A DNA stretch of 64,000 nt from a virus, in the IMG/VR virus record IMGVR_UViG_3300006139_000001, one strand, 5' to 3'. Of the stretch, positions 26,837-37,434 are shown piece by piece (position 1 is the stretch's first letter; every line of letters starts with the position of its first letter). The position numbers and the translations under genes are program-made. The notes under the pieces are model-generated. The model ran no database searches. It saw only the letters and a program-made list of their open reading frames with translations, and was not told the origin of the DNA.

Positions 26837-28027
26837 ATGAAAATGTTTGAAATTTCGAGTAAAAAGAATAAAAACGGCAGACGAAAATTCAAAGCGGTTT
26901 TATACAAAATCTTTCCTGATTCTTGTGTGGATGAAGTTAATCAAGTAGGTACTGATTATAACAAAAATGGTATTACATGGATTAGAGAATATTGCGAAAA
27001 AGCCCTACCAAGTATTAGCGGAATGAGCCTACGTTGTGAGTTTACTGATGAAGAACGTACTCAATTATTAGGTCATGGTGACACAGATATTATTGATAAT
27101 GAACCAGTATTTGAAGATGCAGTTGTTATTGGTACGTTCACTAAAGGTTATATCGAAGATATTGAAACAGACGAAGGTATTATTACTGTTTGTATCGGAG
27201 AGGGTGAAATTGACGCTCAGTGTTACCACAATTTTGTGACTAAACTGGACGAAGATATTGCTAATGGCATTTATCCAAGTGGTAGTGTTGAGATTATGCA
27301 CACTGAAAATAATGAAGAAATCATTTACAAATACGGATATAAGGACACCGGCAGAATTCCAATGGAGTTTATTCATTCTGGATATGCCTTACTTGGTGTT
27401 CTTCCGGCAGATGATAGTGCCAAACTGATTGAACTTAACAAAAAACATAAGGAGGATTTGAATAAAATGAATGATTTAGAGATTAAGGCTCTTGTTTCTC
27501 AGGTTGTCGAAGAACTCTCTGCTCATACTTCCGAAATCAATAAGTGCAAGGAAGAATGTGCCGCTAAGATTGCCGAGGCGAATGCTGCACTCGAAACTGC
27601 AATCTCTGAGAAGAATGAAATTGAAGCAAGCTCTCAGAAGATTCAGGAAGCACTTGATGCTTTACAGGCTGAGTGGGATGAACTGAATAAGAAATGGGAT
27701 GCTCTTTGGGAAGAAAAGGTTGCTCTTGAAAAGGCTCTTGGTGAAGCCAAGGCTCGTGAGCGTGTCGGTGAGATGAATGCTGCTATCGCTAACTTTACCG
27801 ACGAGGAAAAGGCTTATGCAAAGGCTGAGATTGATGCTTTTAATGCTGACCCTGTTGCTTCTGAAATTAATTCCGTTGTGAACAAGATTTGGGAAGGTAT
27901 TGGCAAGGCTGCAAAGGCTAATGACCAGGCTGCTGCCGAACAGAATGCTGCTAATGTGACAGTTGAAGATATTTTTAGTGAAGTTGAACCTGCCGTCGCT
28001 TCCGAAGAAGATGTCAATATTTTTTAA
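26837..28027 (+). CDS. Prohead protease-scaffold fusion
   Basis: Globular N-half, Ala/Glu coiled-coil C-half, internal RBS/ATG at 27467; lies between portal and capsid genes. Confidence 0.65.
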   Translation: MKMFEISSKKNKNGRRKFKAVLYKIFPDSCVDEVNQVGTDYNKNGITWIREYCEKALPSISGMSLRCEFTDEERTQLLGHGDTDIIDNEPVFEDAVVIGTFTKGYIEDIETDEGIITVCIGEGEIDAQCYHNFVTKLDEDIANGIYPSGSVEIMHTENNEEIIYKYGYKDTGRIPMEFIHSGYALLGVLPADDSAKLIELNKKHKEDLNKMNDLEIKALVSQVVEELSAHTSEINKCKEECAAKIAEANAALETAISEKNEIEASSQKIQEALDALQAEWDELNKKWDALWEEKVALEKALGEAKARERVGEMNAAIANFTDEEKAYAKAEIDAFNADPVASEINSVVNKIWEGIGKAAKANDQAAAEQNAANVTVEDIFSEVEPAVASEEDVNIF

Positions 28028-28052
28028 TTTATAGAAAGGATGGAAATAAACA

Positions 28053-28469
28053 ATGATTAAGGTTGAGACTCTTGGAATGCTGGATGTCGCAAAGGTTAAT
28101 CCAGTGTTAAAGCATACAAAAGATGTTAAGAATTATAGTTTTTTAACCGCTGATAATGAGCTGTATTTGATTTCTAATACAATTACCGGAGATAATTCTT
28201 ATAGAGAGGATGTTACTATTCCCGCTGGCGAATATCTAAATGGTTTCCTTGTGAAAGCATGGGATGGTCAGAAACTTGTTATTGATGGTAAGCACATTCA
28301 GGATGAGCTTTCTGCACTGAATGTTGGCGATATTCTGGAAGCACAGGATGATGGTACTTTAAAGAAGGTTTCTACTTCTGCTGGTGTTCATCTTGTTATC
28401 ACTGATAAGGGCGTTACATTGACTGAGGCTGCTGTTAAAGCCAAGGTTGTTGTCGCTGCTACGGCATAA
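28053..28469 (+). CDS. Putative capsid decoration protein
   Basis: Size and position immediately before the MCP. Confidence 0.5.
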   Translation: MIKVETLGMLDVAKVNPVLKHTKDVKNYSFLTADNELYLISNTITGDNSYREDVTIPAGEYLNGFLVKAWDGQKLVIDGKHIQDELSALNVGDILEAQDDGTLKKVSTSAGVHLVITDKGVTLTEAAVKAKVVVAATA

Positions 28470-28496
28470 TTTTAGGAAAGGAAGGTTCAATAGATT

Positions 28497-29597
28497 ATGA
28501 ATACTTTTGAGATGAACAATGTTCGTAGAGATTCCGATAATTACAACGGCAAGATTACTAAGCACTCTCCCGTTGTTGAAGTGTTTGCTGCTATGGTGAA
28601 CGGCGAGTCTCTTGAAAGATTTGGTAAGAAAGCGGACGTTGCTGTAAATTATATTAAGGATTTAGGTAATAAGGCTGACAATGGCGATATGAGTGCTGTT
28701 GCCGAACTGAATACTATTAGACGTTTTGTGATTGAAGCTCCTGTTATGGAGGAAATTAAGCTGCTTGGTATCTTTGGTACATATCAGCACGTGGGTTACG
28801 ATGAGACTATCGAGCGTGAGGTTTACACTCATTCTGGTGAGCGTTCTCGTGAACAGGCTGCTAACGGAGATGTTGTGTTCCCTATGACCACAAAGACCGT
28901 TTACCCTGTTCCTACATTTACGATTTCTGGCGGTTACGCTGTTGATTATCGTAGAGTTGCCCTAGGTGACATGAGCAAGGAGAATGAGGGTCTTGCACAG
29001 GTTAGAACTGACATTCTGAATAATGCTAAGTTAGCTATTGTTCAGAGAGTGTATGATGCTATTAAGAACGCTACTGGCGTTAAGTATATGCTGGAGGTTG
29101 CTGGTCTGACTAAAGCTGGTGTTGATGATGTTCTGACTAAGGTTCGTAGAAATGGTCGCCCCACCGTTATTGGTGACTATGCTCTGATTTCTCAGTTTAC
29201 TCCTTGGGCTGGTTATGTCGGCACTATTAACAGCAATACTATTACTGGTATTTCTGAGAAGGCTATGAACGAAATTGCTCAGAATGGCACTCTGTCTATG
29301 TACAACGGTGCTGTTCTTGCTGAGATGGAGAATCCTTACAACGAGTACAAGCTAAATGCGGCTGGTGACAATTTTGAGACTCTGCTTCCTGCTGGTCTTG
29401 GATTTGTGATTCCTACTGGCGCTAAGTCTCCTATCGCTACTTACTCTCGTGGCGGTCTGACTTCCTTCACCGGTAACGATGTTAAGACTGGTCAGATTCT
29501 TACCAGATTCGACATCGAAGTTGGTTGTGACGTTGCCAAGGGTCGTGAGCATCAGATTGGTGTTATCTATGACACTAATGTTGGTGGTCTTGACTAA
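28497..29597 (+). CDS. Major capsid protein
   Basis: 366 aa, strong high-expression codon bias, synteny, followed by a terminator. Confidence 0.75.
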   Translation: MNTFEMNNVRRDSDNYNGKITKHSPVVEVFAAMVNGESLERFGKKADVAVNYIKDLGNKADNGDMSAVAELNTIRRFVIEAPVMEEIKLLGIFGTYQHVGYDETIEREVYTHSGERSREQAANGDVVFPMTTKTVYPVPTFTISGGYAVDYRRVALGDMSKENEGLAQVRTDILNNAKLAIVQRVYDAIKNATGVKYMLEVAGLTKAGVDDVLTKVRRNGRPTVIGDYALISQFTPWAGYVGTINSNTITGISEKAMNEIAQNGTLSMYNGAVLAEMENPYNEYKLNAAGDNFETLLPAGLGFVIPTGAKSPIATYSRGGLTSFTGNDVKTGQILTRFDIEVGCDVAKGREHQIGVIYDTNVGGLD

Positions 29598-29612
29598 TAT
29601 ATAAAAACCTAG

Positions 29613-29650
29613 ATGAGTAGGGTGTAGATTGTCTATGCCCTACTCATTTT
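29613..29650 (+). terminator. Rho-independent terminator
   Basis: ATGAGTAGGGTGTAGA/TCTATGCCCTACTCAT + TTT. Confidence 0.8.
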
Positions 29651-29670
29651 ATATATAAGGAGAGAGCCAT

Positions 29671-29859
29671 ATGGGGAATAAAGAAAATTTCTACTGCTAT
29701 TCTTTGAGGCTTTTTCATTATATCTCCGCATTTGGTGAGAAGTGTTATGCTTCTAAGATAAACACATTAAGCGGTAAACGCTATTGGGTTTTTAAGAAGT
29801 CCGATAGATTAGATAGGATTATTGATTCTTATAATAATGTAAAACACAAATTTAGTTGA
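29671..29859 (+). CDS. Small phage protein (DUF5659-like)
   Basis: FYCYS..L...YWVF pattern; AAGGAG RBS. Confidence 0.6.
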   Translation: MGNKENFYCYSLRLFHYISAFGEKCYASKINTLSGKRYWVFKKSDRLDRIIDSYNNVKHKFS

Positions 29860-29894
29860 CATCTATTAAAAATAGTTGAAATGAGGTATTGAAA

Positions 29895-30386
29895 ATGGCA
29901 GAAACAAAAAATAATGAACAGGTTGAATTAAATCTTGAACAGAAAGTCACCGTGAAGAATATTGCCGGATGGACTGTTGGTTTTGCAAGAATTGATAGTA
30001 ATGGTGATGTTACTATTACTGCCGATGGTAGCACTAAGCTAACCAGAAACGAAATTATTGCACAGGTTCAGAACGGAAATAGATTGTTTACCGGTGTTAA
30101 TGGTGATGGTAGCCATGCTACCCTATTCATTGATGATGAGCCAACTCGTAAAGAAGTAGGATTTGATAGCGAAGATGGAAAGACTAAGCAGATAGTCTTT
30201 AGTGATGCTACTGTAAAACAGATGTTTGCCACAAAGGGTCAACCAGCTTTTGAGAAAGCTCTACATGAAACCATTAGGACAAGGGCTGAGAAGTACGCTG
30301 TAATACAGGCTATCAAGAGATTGAAGATTAATGATTACAGTAAGATTCGACTTGTTGAGGATTATACTGGATTTAAAGTACAGTAA
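29895..30386 (+). CDS. Head-associated hypothetical protein
   Basis: ORF after the MCP, GAGGT RBS. Confidence 0.7.
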   Translation: MAETKNNEQVELNLEQKVTVKNIAGWTVGFARIDSNGDVTITADGSTKLTRNEIIAQVQNGNRLFTGVNGDGSHATLFIDDEPTRKEVGFDSEDGKTKQIVFSDATVKQMFATKGQPAFEKALHETIRTRAEKYAVIQAIKRLKINDYSKIRLVEDYTGFKVQ

Positions 30387-30403
30387 ATGAAATGGAGGTA
30401 ATT

Positions 30404-30802
30404 ATGGCTAATACACCAACAAAAGCGCAAGAAGTGTATGATAGCTTTGAAGCCTCATTCCAAGATAAAAGTATTATCCCAATTACATTAGAGTATGAAT
30501 GGTTGCTTAAAGCGGTAGCAAGATACTCAATAGAACTCGACCCTATCTCTTTTGATGAAGATATTCTTGAATTTGATACGAAACTTGATAGATATGTTAT
30601 AGATACACTTGCTGCATTTATGAAACAGAGTTATCAAGAGCGTGAAGTTTCAAAAGTAAATAAGCGAGTTTCTATTGTCGGCAAAGATATTAGCATTGAT
30701 GGTAATAACGGTTCTAAAACTGCTGCAAAAAATGAGTTGCTATACGATGAGAGTAAATCCAATCAAATGATTGACAATCAAAAGCCAACCGCTTATGTGT
30801 AA
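30404..30802 (+). CDS. Putative head-tail adaptor
   Basis: Synteny; GGAGGT RBS. Confidence 0.55.
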   Translation: MANTPTKAQEVYDSFEASFQDKSIIPITLEYEWLLKAVARYSIELDPISFDEDILEFDTKLDRYVIDTLAAFMKQSYQEREVSKVNKRVSIVGKDISIDGNNGSKTAAKNELLYDESKSNQMIDNQKPTAYV

Positions 30803-30814
30803 GGTGGTGGGTTT

Positions 30815-31882
30815 ATGGCAAAGGAATGGTACTTACTTAAATCTCCACATGCCCAACTTAGTGGTTTTGAAGATGATGCCTTATCTGACTTTGCACAAGA
30901 AGGGTTTGAAGAAGCGCTAGATTCAAATATCGCTATAGATGTTGAGTTGTGCAATTATGATTTATCTGTGTGTAGACAAATAAGAGCAATTGTTCAGAAT
31001 AATGTACAAGATACAAAATTAAAGACTTTATCACGAGAACTATTAGTTCCTATTGGAACTTGTAAAGCAGGAATGTATGTTAAATATAAAGGTCGTTATT
31101 GGATTATTGTTGGACTAGTTGATGATAATACGATGTATGAAAAAGCTGTAATGACAATATGTAATTATTTACTTACATGGTTAAATGCTGACAAAAAAGT
31201 AGTTCAACGATGGGTTAGTGCTACTTCTGCATCTCAGTACAATAATGGTGAAACCAGCGTTACTTATTATACTGTTAGAAGCGACCAATTGCTTGTTATT
31301 ACACCAGATGATGATGAGTGTCTGCTATTAGATACCGGAACTAGGTTTATAATGGATAGGCGTTGTAAGATATATGAGAAGAATTTTAATACTGATGTAG
31401 TTTGTGATACAAGTAAGCCAGTTGCTACATATAAACTAACTCGTTCTGATTCAGTCTTATACGATTATCAAGATAGTGGTCATTATGAGTTCATGGCATA
31501 TCAAGATGAAAAACATGATGAAGATGGTTATTATGTAATTAATGAAAAAGGATATTGGTTATGTGGAAAACCAGATGCAGAGGATAAAACTGTTCTTTTA
31601 TCATCGAAAATTGATTATGATTCATTGGAAATCTCTAATGGTCTTGAACCTGGTGTATATACTGCACTATTCTATGACACCAAAGGTAATGAGGTCAATG
31701 TTACTCCACAATGGAGTATAAATTGTGATTTTGCAGACCTATTAGAAGTTGAATATGTCAATCACTCTATATATATTTCTGCCAATAATAAGAAGTTAAT
31801 CAATAAATCATTTGAACTATCTTTAAGTGCAGAAGGATATGAAACTGTTAATGTAACTATTGTGATAAGAGCATTTATTTAA
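30815..31882 (+). CDS. Putative head closure/neck protein with Ig-like C-terminus
   Basis: Synteny; GMYVKYKGRYWII motif. Confidence 0.55.
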   Translation: MAKEWYLLKSPHAQLSGFEDDALSDFAQEGFEEALDSNIAIDVELCNYDLSVCRQIRAIVQNNVQDTKLKTLSRELLVPIGTCKAGMYVKYKGRYWIIVGLVDDNTMYEKAVMTICNYLLTWLNADKKVVQRWVSATSASQYNNGETSVTYYTVRSDQLLVITPDDDECLLLDTGTRFIMDRRCKIYEKNFNTDVVCDTSKPVATYKLTRSDSVLYDYQDSGHYEFMAYQDEKHDEDGYYVINEKGYWLCGKPDAEDKTVLLSSKIDYDSLEISNGLEPGVYTALFYDTKGNEVNVTPQWSINCDFADLLEVEYVNHSIYISANNKKLINKSFELSLSAEGYETVNVTIVIRAFI

Positions 31883-31894
31883 GGTGGTGATTGT

Positions 31895-32383
31895 ATGGCT
31901 AGATTAAAGACAACTTCTGAGCGTGGAAAATTTAAAGAGGAAATACATGCTGCCTTATATAAAAGCAATGATATTAAAGAGTTACTAATTGGTGATACAA
32001 AAGGAATGAGCGCCTCAAAGATTCAAGGCGAGTTTAAAAATCATGTTAAGTCTCACTTGTTTATTGATGATACTATTACCGAAACAGAGTCATTTATTTA
32101 TTATGATGTAGAATTTCCTATTCTTAAACCAAATATTAAACAATGTAAGGTTGTAATGTATTTGATTTGCCATAGAGACATTTTAGATAATTACTATAAA
32201 GAAGGTTATTACGGCAATAGGGCTGATATTCTTTCTCAGATGGTAGAAAACGCTTTAATAAATGACAAGGAAGTTGCTAATAGTTTTGGAATTGGAGAAA
32301 TATCACTTGACAGCGTGAATATCTACAATTCAACAAATTTTTATGGGTGCATTTTAACGCTTGATGTACCTGCATTCCGTTAA
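31895..32383 (+). CDS. Putative tail terminator
   Basis: Synteny and size. Confidence 0.5.
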   Translation: MARLKTTSERGKFKEEIHAALYKSNDIKELLIGDTKGMSASKIQGEFKNHVKSHLFIDDTITETESFIYYDVEFPILKPNIKQCKVVMYLICHRDILDNYYKEGYYGNRADILSQMVENALINDKEVANSFGIGEISLDSVNIYNSTNFYGCILTLDVPAFR

Positions 32384-33190
32384 ATGATATTTGATTACGG
32401 AACACAACTTAGTCCAGACCCCATTTTGCTGTCTATTGGAACATTAAAAAAACCAAAGCTCAAAGATATATCAAACACTACAACACATATGTCGTTTGAT
32501 AAGTTTAATTATTATGAAGTTTTGATTAAGATGAATCCTGAAATCTTTTATACAAAAATAAAAGGTGATGATGGGAAAGAATACTGGAATTCATTAACCG
32601 AAAAAGAACGAGAAGGTCTAACATTATATAATGTTGTTGTTAATGATGACAATTTAAGAAACACCTTTGTTGAAATATTTAATTTCTTTTTCGATGAAAC
32701 TGTTATTTTTATGGACGGTTATTTTGTGTTGCTCTGTAAGGGCGTTGATAAAGATACTGATATTAAATCACAAGAAGATATTCGTGGTGTAATATCTGAA
32801 AATATATTTTTGCAAGTTCTAAATGCTATTCAGCAAGTCTGTTGTATTGATGATAAAGACGAAAATGTTGAAGAAAAGAAGTTTAAAAATAGCCTTGCAA
32901 AAAAGCTGTATGAAAAAATGCTGAAGGCAGAAAAGGCAAAAAAAGAAGAAAAGAAATTCGATGTAAATTTTACATTGCCCAATATTATATCTTCTGTTTC
33001 AAATAGACATCCAACTGTTAGTCCTATTAATGTATGGGAGTTGACAATATTTCAATTATATGATTCATTTAATCGTATGCAGGTCAATTCAATGTTTGAT
33101 ATTGATTCTACCAGGGTGTCTGTTTGGGGCGATGAAAAGAAAACTTTTGATGCTGCTCTTTGGTATAAAAATGAATATGACAAAAAATAG
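32384..33190 (+). CDS. Tail morphogenesis protein
   Basis: Synteny; VWELTIFQLYD motif. Confidence 0.55.
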   Translation: MIFDYGTQLSPDPILLSIGTLKKPKLKDISNTTTHMSFDKFNYYEVLIKMNPEIFYTKIKGDDGKEYWNSLTEKEREGLTLYNVVVNDDNLRNTFVEIFNFFFDETVIFMDGYFVLLCKGVDKDTDIKSQEDIRGVISENIFLQVLNAIQQVCCIDDKDENVEEKKFKNSLAKKLYEKMLKAEKAKKEEKKFDVNFTLPNIISSVSNRHPTVSPINVWELTIFQLYDSFNRMQVNSMFDIDSTRVSVWGDEKKTFDAALWYKNEYDKK

Positions 33191-33236
33191 TCAGCTACAA
33201 GGCTGGCTTATTTTATTATTAAGGAGGAAATAAATT

Positions 33237-33995
33237 ATGCCAGAATTAAATAAGGCTAATCGTCAGGTTTGCGATGTCGATATTCGTGTCTTAAAGACAA
33301 TGGCTCCTTTCCTGAAATTTGATACTGCTAATACTACTACTGCTGGTCTAAGTGGCGATAGTGTTTATGCTATGGCTAAAGGTTCTCGTAAGATTGCTTT
33401 TGCTAACCCACTTGAAGGTACTATGACTATTGAGGCACAGGTTTATCCGTTCAAGTTCTTTGCGTTGCTTTCTGATGGCACTATTGAAACAAATGCAGCT
33501 TATGCAGATTCTCAGGTTGTGACTTGTTCTGAGGATGGTAAGTTGACTCTTACTGCTACCAAGGGTGAAATCAAAACTGGTACTGTGTTTGTCTATCCCG
33601 AAGGACAGTTTGGCGATGAGTCTGCTGCTATTGTTGGTACATTTGCCAGTGGTGCATTTACTGAAACCGACACGACTAATCAGAAGATTAAGAACGGAAG
33701 CAAGTATGAAGTTGGTTATATTGTAGCTCGTACTGAAGGTGTTAAGAAGATTTCATTTAACAATAAGAAACTTCCGAAAGATTACTACATTACTCAGAAA
33801 ACCGTTGATAAGGATGAAGAAGGATTACTTACTCCGTTTGTTATGACTGCTTACAAGGCTTCTATTCAGCGTAATTTTGAGATGTCTTTCAGCTCTGAAG
33901 GCGACCCAGCAAGTGTTACCTTAACATTTGACCTTATGGAAGATAAAGATGGCAACATCTTTGATATGGTCGAATTAACAGAAGATGCTGAGTAA
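33237..33995 (+). CDS. Major tail tube protein
   Basis: AAGGAGG RBS, high-expression codons, C-terminal FSSEGDPASVTLTFD. Confidence 0.75.
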   Translation: MPELNKANRQVCDVDIRVLKTMAPFLKFDTANTTTAGLSGDSVYAMAKGSRKIAFANPLEGTMTIEAQVYPFKFFALLSDGTIETNAAYADSQVVTCSEDGKLTLTATKGEIKTGTVFVYPEGQFGDESAAIVGTFASGAFTETDTTNQKIKNGSKYEVGYIVARTEGVKKISFNNKKLPKDYYITQKTVDKDEEGLLTPFVMTAYKASIQRNFEMSFSSEGDPASVTLTFDLMEDKDGNIFDMVELTEDAE

Positions 33996-34018
33996 ATTGT
34001 ACTTATAACAAAAAAAGT

Positions 34019-34052
34019 TGTAGGGCGGATTTATAATTTGCCCTACACTTTT
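34019..34052 (+). terminator. Rho-independent terminator
   Basis: TGTAGGGCGGAT/ATTTGCCCTACA + TTTT. Confidence 0.75.
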
Positions 34053-34115
34053 ATATGATTGCAAGTTACTGCAAATTGTTGTTAGTAGCTTAACATTCAA
34101 GATTAGGAGAAATTT

Positions 34116-34394
34116 ATGGTTAAGAATTGTCGTGTACTAATTAACAACGAAGCTGTAACTGTTATTGAATATGATGGTGTTTTGGTTCAGATTCCGGCCA
34201 TTCATAGAGAAGCGAAAAATGTTAATGTAATTTTACAAAATGGCAGATACATCGTTGTTGATGATGATTATAAAGAGCCTGTGGCATCTGTCACAGAGAA
34301 GCCAAAGAAAAAGGCTAATAAGAAAACAACTATTGATGAAAGCGCAAATGAGACTCCTAATGTTGCAGATGAGTCTCTAGTAGATACTGAGTAA
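34116..34394 (+). CDS. Hypothetical protein
   Basis: AGGAG RBS. Confidence 0.7.
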   Translation: MVKNCRVLINNEAVTVIEYDGVLVQIPAIHREAKNVNVILQNGRYIVVDDDYKEPVASVTEKPKKKANKKTTIDESANETPNVADESLVDTE

Positions 34395-34416
34395 CATTAG
34401 GTTGTATTGGATTTTT

Positions 34417-34473
34417 ATAGGGAAGTAAATACCAAAACCAAAAATGTTACGGTATGTACTTCCCTATTTTTTT
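34417..34473 (+). terminator. Rho-independent terminator (long loop)
   Basis: ATAGGGAAGTA..ATACC/GGTAT..TACTTCCCTAT + T-tract. Confidence 0.7.
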
Positions 34474-34506
34474 GCGCCTTAAATACAATTAAGGAGAAAG
34501 AAACAT

Positions 34507-34734
34507 ATGAAAAGTATTAGGTTTGATTCACTTAATGATGCCATTGAGTGTTATGGGCGTGAAAATCTAATTGCAATTGATTGTATTAAGCAAATTATTT
34601 TTTATACAGCTCACGGTTGTCAGCCAAAGTTTATTTTTGAAAATGAAACTAAACCTGGGAAGATTGCCGCATGGTTTTTAAAGAATGAAACGAGCTATGT
34701 GTATAAAAAGTGGTTAGATAATGCGCCATCGTAA
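34507..34734 (+). CDS. Hypothetical protein
   Basis: AAGGAG RBS. Confidence 0.7.
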   Translation: MKSIRFDSLNDAIECYGRENLIAIDCIKQIIFYTAHGCQPKFIFENETKPGKIAAWFLKNETSYVYKKWLDNAPS

Positions 34735-34745
34735 TGGTGAAATAA

Positions 34746-35261
34746 ATGAGCAATATAGGAAAGGTTTTTGAGGAACAGATAAAAAAATCCGTACCAGATT
34801 ACGCATTGCTATATCGCTTACCAGATGCCGCACAATCATTTGGCGGAAGTAATATTTTACGATTTAGTAGAAAAAATCCATTTGATTTTCTATTGTGGGA
34901 TTCTAAAAGACATATTTTGTACGCATTAGAAATGAAAACGGTTAATGGGAAATCTATATCTTTTGAGAGAAGCAAAGATGAAAATAAAGAGATACACTAC
35001 CATCAAATACATGGATTAAACGAATGGAATAGATACGATGGCATCATTTGTGGTTTTATAATTGAGTTTCGTCAAATAGAAACTACGGTGTTTATTGATA
35101 TAGATAGTTTTAACTCTTTAATAGATAAAGTGGATAAAAAAAGTTTTAATATAGATGACATTGTTAATAGCGGTCTACCTTACTTTATCATACCACAAAA
35201 GAAACAGCGTACAAGATACGTATATGATATAGATAGCCTTTTATCACAAATAAAAGATTAG
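34746..35261 (+). CDS. RecU-like PD-(D/E)xK nuclease / Holliday junction resolvase
   Basis: GKVFEEQ...NPFDF...ALEMK...HQI motifs. Confidence 0.75.
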   Translation: MSNIGKVFEEQIKKSVPDYALLYRLPDAAQSFGGSNILRFSRKNPFDFLLWDSKRHILYALEMKTVNGKSISFERSKDENKEIHYHQIHGLNEWNRYDGIICGFIIEFRQIETTVFIDIDSFNSLIDKVDKKSFNIDDIVNSGLPYFIIPQKKQRTRYVYDIDSLLSQIKD

Positions 35262-35292
35262 TTTTATTGTAAAAAGTAATTGGAGGAAAATT

Positions 35293-35859
35293 ATGAATAG
35301 TATTTTAGAAATCAACACCAAACTTGAATTGTTTGATTATTTGGTAATGGTAAACGAGATTGCGTTAGAATTCTTTAATGAGGATGGTACATATCAGCCG
35401 CACATTGGCAAAATTAATGCTATGCGATTATTTTATAATCAGTGTGTGACAAAGAGCAAGTATGATGAAAAATATCCTCATGACATCGTTGATGCTATGG
35501 ATATGGTTGAAATTGTTGCCGATGATGGTTTTATCGCAGAATATAATGAAGCACTTGCTGCCGGTTCATATAAAAATCTTGATTTTGGAAACGCTTATAA
35601 AGATGCCATGGAAATCGTTGATGTTAGAAAATCATCTTTTGGGAATGCAGTTGAAATTGTAGGTTCTATATTGAATCGAATTGTTGGTAGTATTTCTACT
35701 GTTTTAACAGATGAAAATATTGAGAAAGTGTCTCAAATTGCAAAAGATATTTCTAATGGAAGCATAAGTGCAGAATCTATTGTCGATGCATATGCGGAAC
35801 ATATAAAATCCCAGGAAGTAAGCGATTCAAAAGTAGTACCATTTACTTCAAATAAGTAA
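35293..35859 (+). CDS. Hypothetical protein (possible tail chaperone)
   Basis: GGAGG RBS; position in the tail region. Confidence 0.65.
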   Translation: MNSILEINTKLELFDYLVMVNEIALEFFNEDGTYQPHIGKINAMRLFYNQCVTKSKYDEKYPHDIVDAMDMVEIVADDGFIAEYNEALAAGSYKNLDFGNAYKDAMEIVDVRKSSFGNAVEIVGSILNRIVGSISTVLTDENIEKVSQIAKDISNGSISAESIVDAYAEHIKSQEVSDSKVVPFTSNK

Positions 35860-35870
35860 GGAGTAAAAAT

Positions 35871-36296
35871 ATGACTGCCACGAATATGAGACAACTTGAA
35901 CAGATGTTACTTAAAGAAATGAAAAAGGCTATGGTAGTTGCTTCTGATAAGGTTCTGGCAGATATGTATGATGAAACCGAAAAATTTTACACAAAAGGAA
36001 AGCCAAAAAAATACCAAAGGACTGGTGCATTGGGTGATACACCAAATACCACTGCTATTACTACATTGGGGAATGAGGTTTCATTTGATGCATATTTAGA
36101 CACATCATATAAGTATACAACCGGTTCGACTCCATCAATGACACAGGTTTTAGACCTTGCGAACTATGGGGTTCCATTCACTACAAAAAATGGCTATCCA
36201 GCAAAGCCTACACTTGGTAAAAAAGGATTTTGGGAAAGAGCCGAAAAGAAAATGCAAAAAACTTTAGATAGGACTATGAAAAAGTTCTTTAAATAA
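35871..36296 (+). CDS. Putative tail completion protein
   Basis: PKKYQRTGAL motif, basic protein. Confidence 0.5.
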   Translation: MTATNMRQLEQMLLKEMKKAMVVASDKVLADMYDETEKFYTKGKPKKYQRTGALGDTPNTTAITTLGNEVSFDAYLDTSYKYTTGSTPSMTQVLDLANYGVPFTTKNGYPAKPTLGKKGFWERAEKKMQKTLDRTMKKFFK

Positions 36297-36317
36297 AACT
36301 TGAAAGGAAGTGATTGT

Positions 36318-37364
36318 ATGCCACGAGAAGGTAGAACCACTGTTTATAATAAGATTACTTCCGAAGAAAAGTTGAAAGAGGTTAATCCAGAGAATTTAGA
36401 ATTAGAGAACGACTTTATTGAATACTTAGAATCTATTGATAGGTCTAAAGGAACTATTAAGCAATATCGCGCAAATCTTCATGTGTTTTGGTGTTGGAAT
36501 TTAGAATTTAATAAAAACAAGTTTTTTGTTGATTTAACAAAGAGAGAGATTGCAAAATTCCAAAGCCATGCCATGAATCAGTGGCAATGGTCGCCTAAGA
36601 GAATTAGAACTGTTAAGGCAGCAATCAGCAGTTTGTCAAACTACATAGAAAACATTTTAGATGATGAATACGATGGGTATAAACCGATTGTTAGAAAGAT
36701 TGAATCTCCTGCTGATACTGCTGTTCGTACAAAGACAGTTTTTCAGGATGATGATTTAGAGGTATTGCTTTCAAAACTTGTTGAGCGTAAGCAATATATG
36801 AAAGCCTGTATGCTTTCTCTTGCTATGAATAGCGGAAGAAGGAAGGCAGAACTGCCAAGATTTAAGGTTTCATATTTTACTGATAAAAATTTGATTTGTG
36901 ATGGCGCACTTTATAAAACGCCAGAAAAAGTCACAACAAAAGGTAGAGGTTCAAGAGGTAAGCCACTTGACCTATATACTCTATCGAAACCATTTAAACC
37001 ATATCTTGATATGTGGTTACAAGAACGTGAAAGACTTGGAATTGAATGCGATTGGTTATTTCCTAAGTACAAAAATGGAAAATGGCTAAATGAACAGGTT
37101 GATTCCTCTCTACTTGATTCTTGGGCTAGAACATTTTCAAATATGCTTGGTAAGTCATTCTATTGGCATAGCCTAAGACACTATTTTACAACTAAGCTAA
37201 AATCTTCTGGTATTCCAGACAGCGTTGTACAGGATGTTATCGGATGGGACTCTGCTGATATGGTTAAGATTTATGACGATACTCCAAGCGAAGAACAGTT
37301 TGAAAAGTATTTCGGTGCCACCGGAATTAAAGAAGTCAAACAAACATCATTAGAAGATTTATAA
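36318..37364 (+). CDS. Tyrosine recombinase
   Basis: SGRRKAE (R), HSLRH (HxxR), IGW and YD catalytic motifs. Confidence 0.9.
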   Translation: MPREGRTTVYNKITSEEKLKEVNPENLELENDFIEYLESIDRSKGTIKQYRANLHVFWCWNLEFNKNKFFVDLTKREIAKFQSHAMNQWQWSPKRIRTVKAAISSLSNYIENILDDEYDGYKPIVRKIESPADTAVRTKTVFQDDDLEVLLSKLVERKQYMKACMLSLAMNSGRRKAELPRFKVSYFTDKNLICDGALYKTPEKVTTKGRGSRGKPLDLYTLSKPFKPYLDMWLQERERLGIECDWLFPKYKNGKWLNEQVDSSLLDSWARTFSNMLGKSFYWHSLRHYFTTKLKSSGIPDSVVQDVIGWDSADMVKIYDDTPSEEQFEKYFGATGIKEVKQTSLEDL

Positions 37365-37374
37365 TTAATGTTTT

Positions 37375-37399
37375 ATCCACCTATATAGGTGGATTTTTT
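37375..37399 (+). terminator. Rho-independent terminator
   Basis: ATCCACCTA/TAGGTGGAT + T-tract. Confidence 0.8.
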
Positions 37400-37434
37400 A
37401 TTTTTATATAAACATGGGAGGAGGTTAATATATA

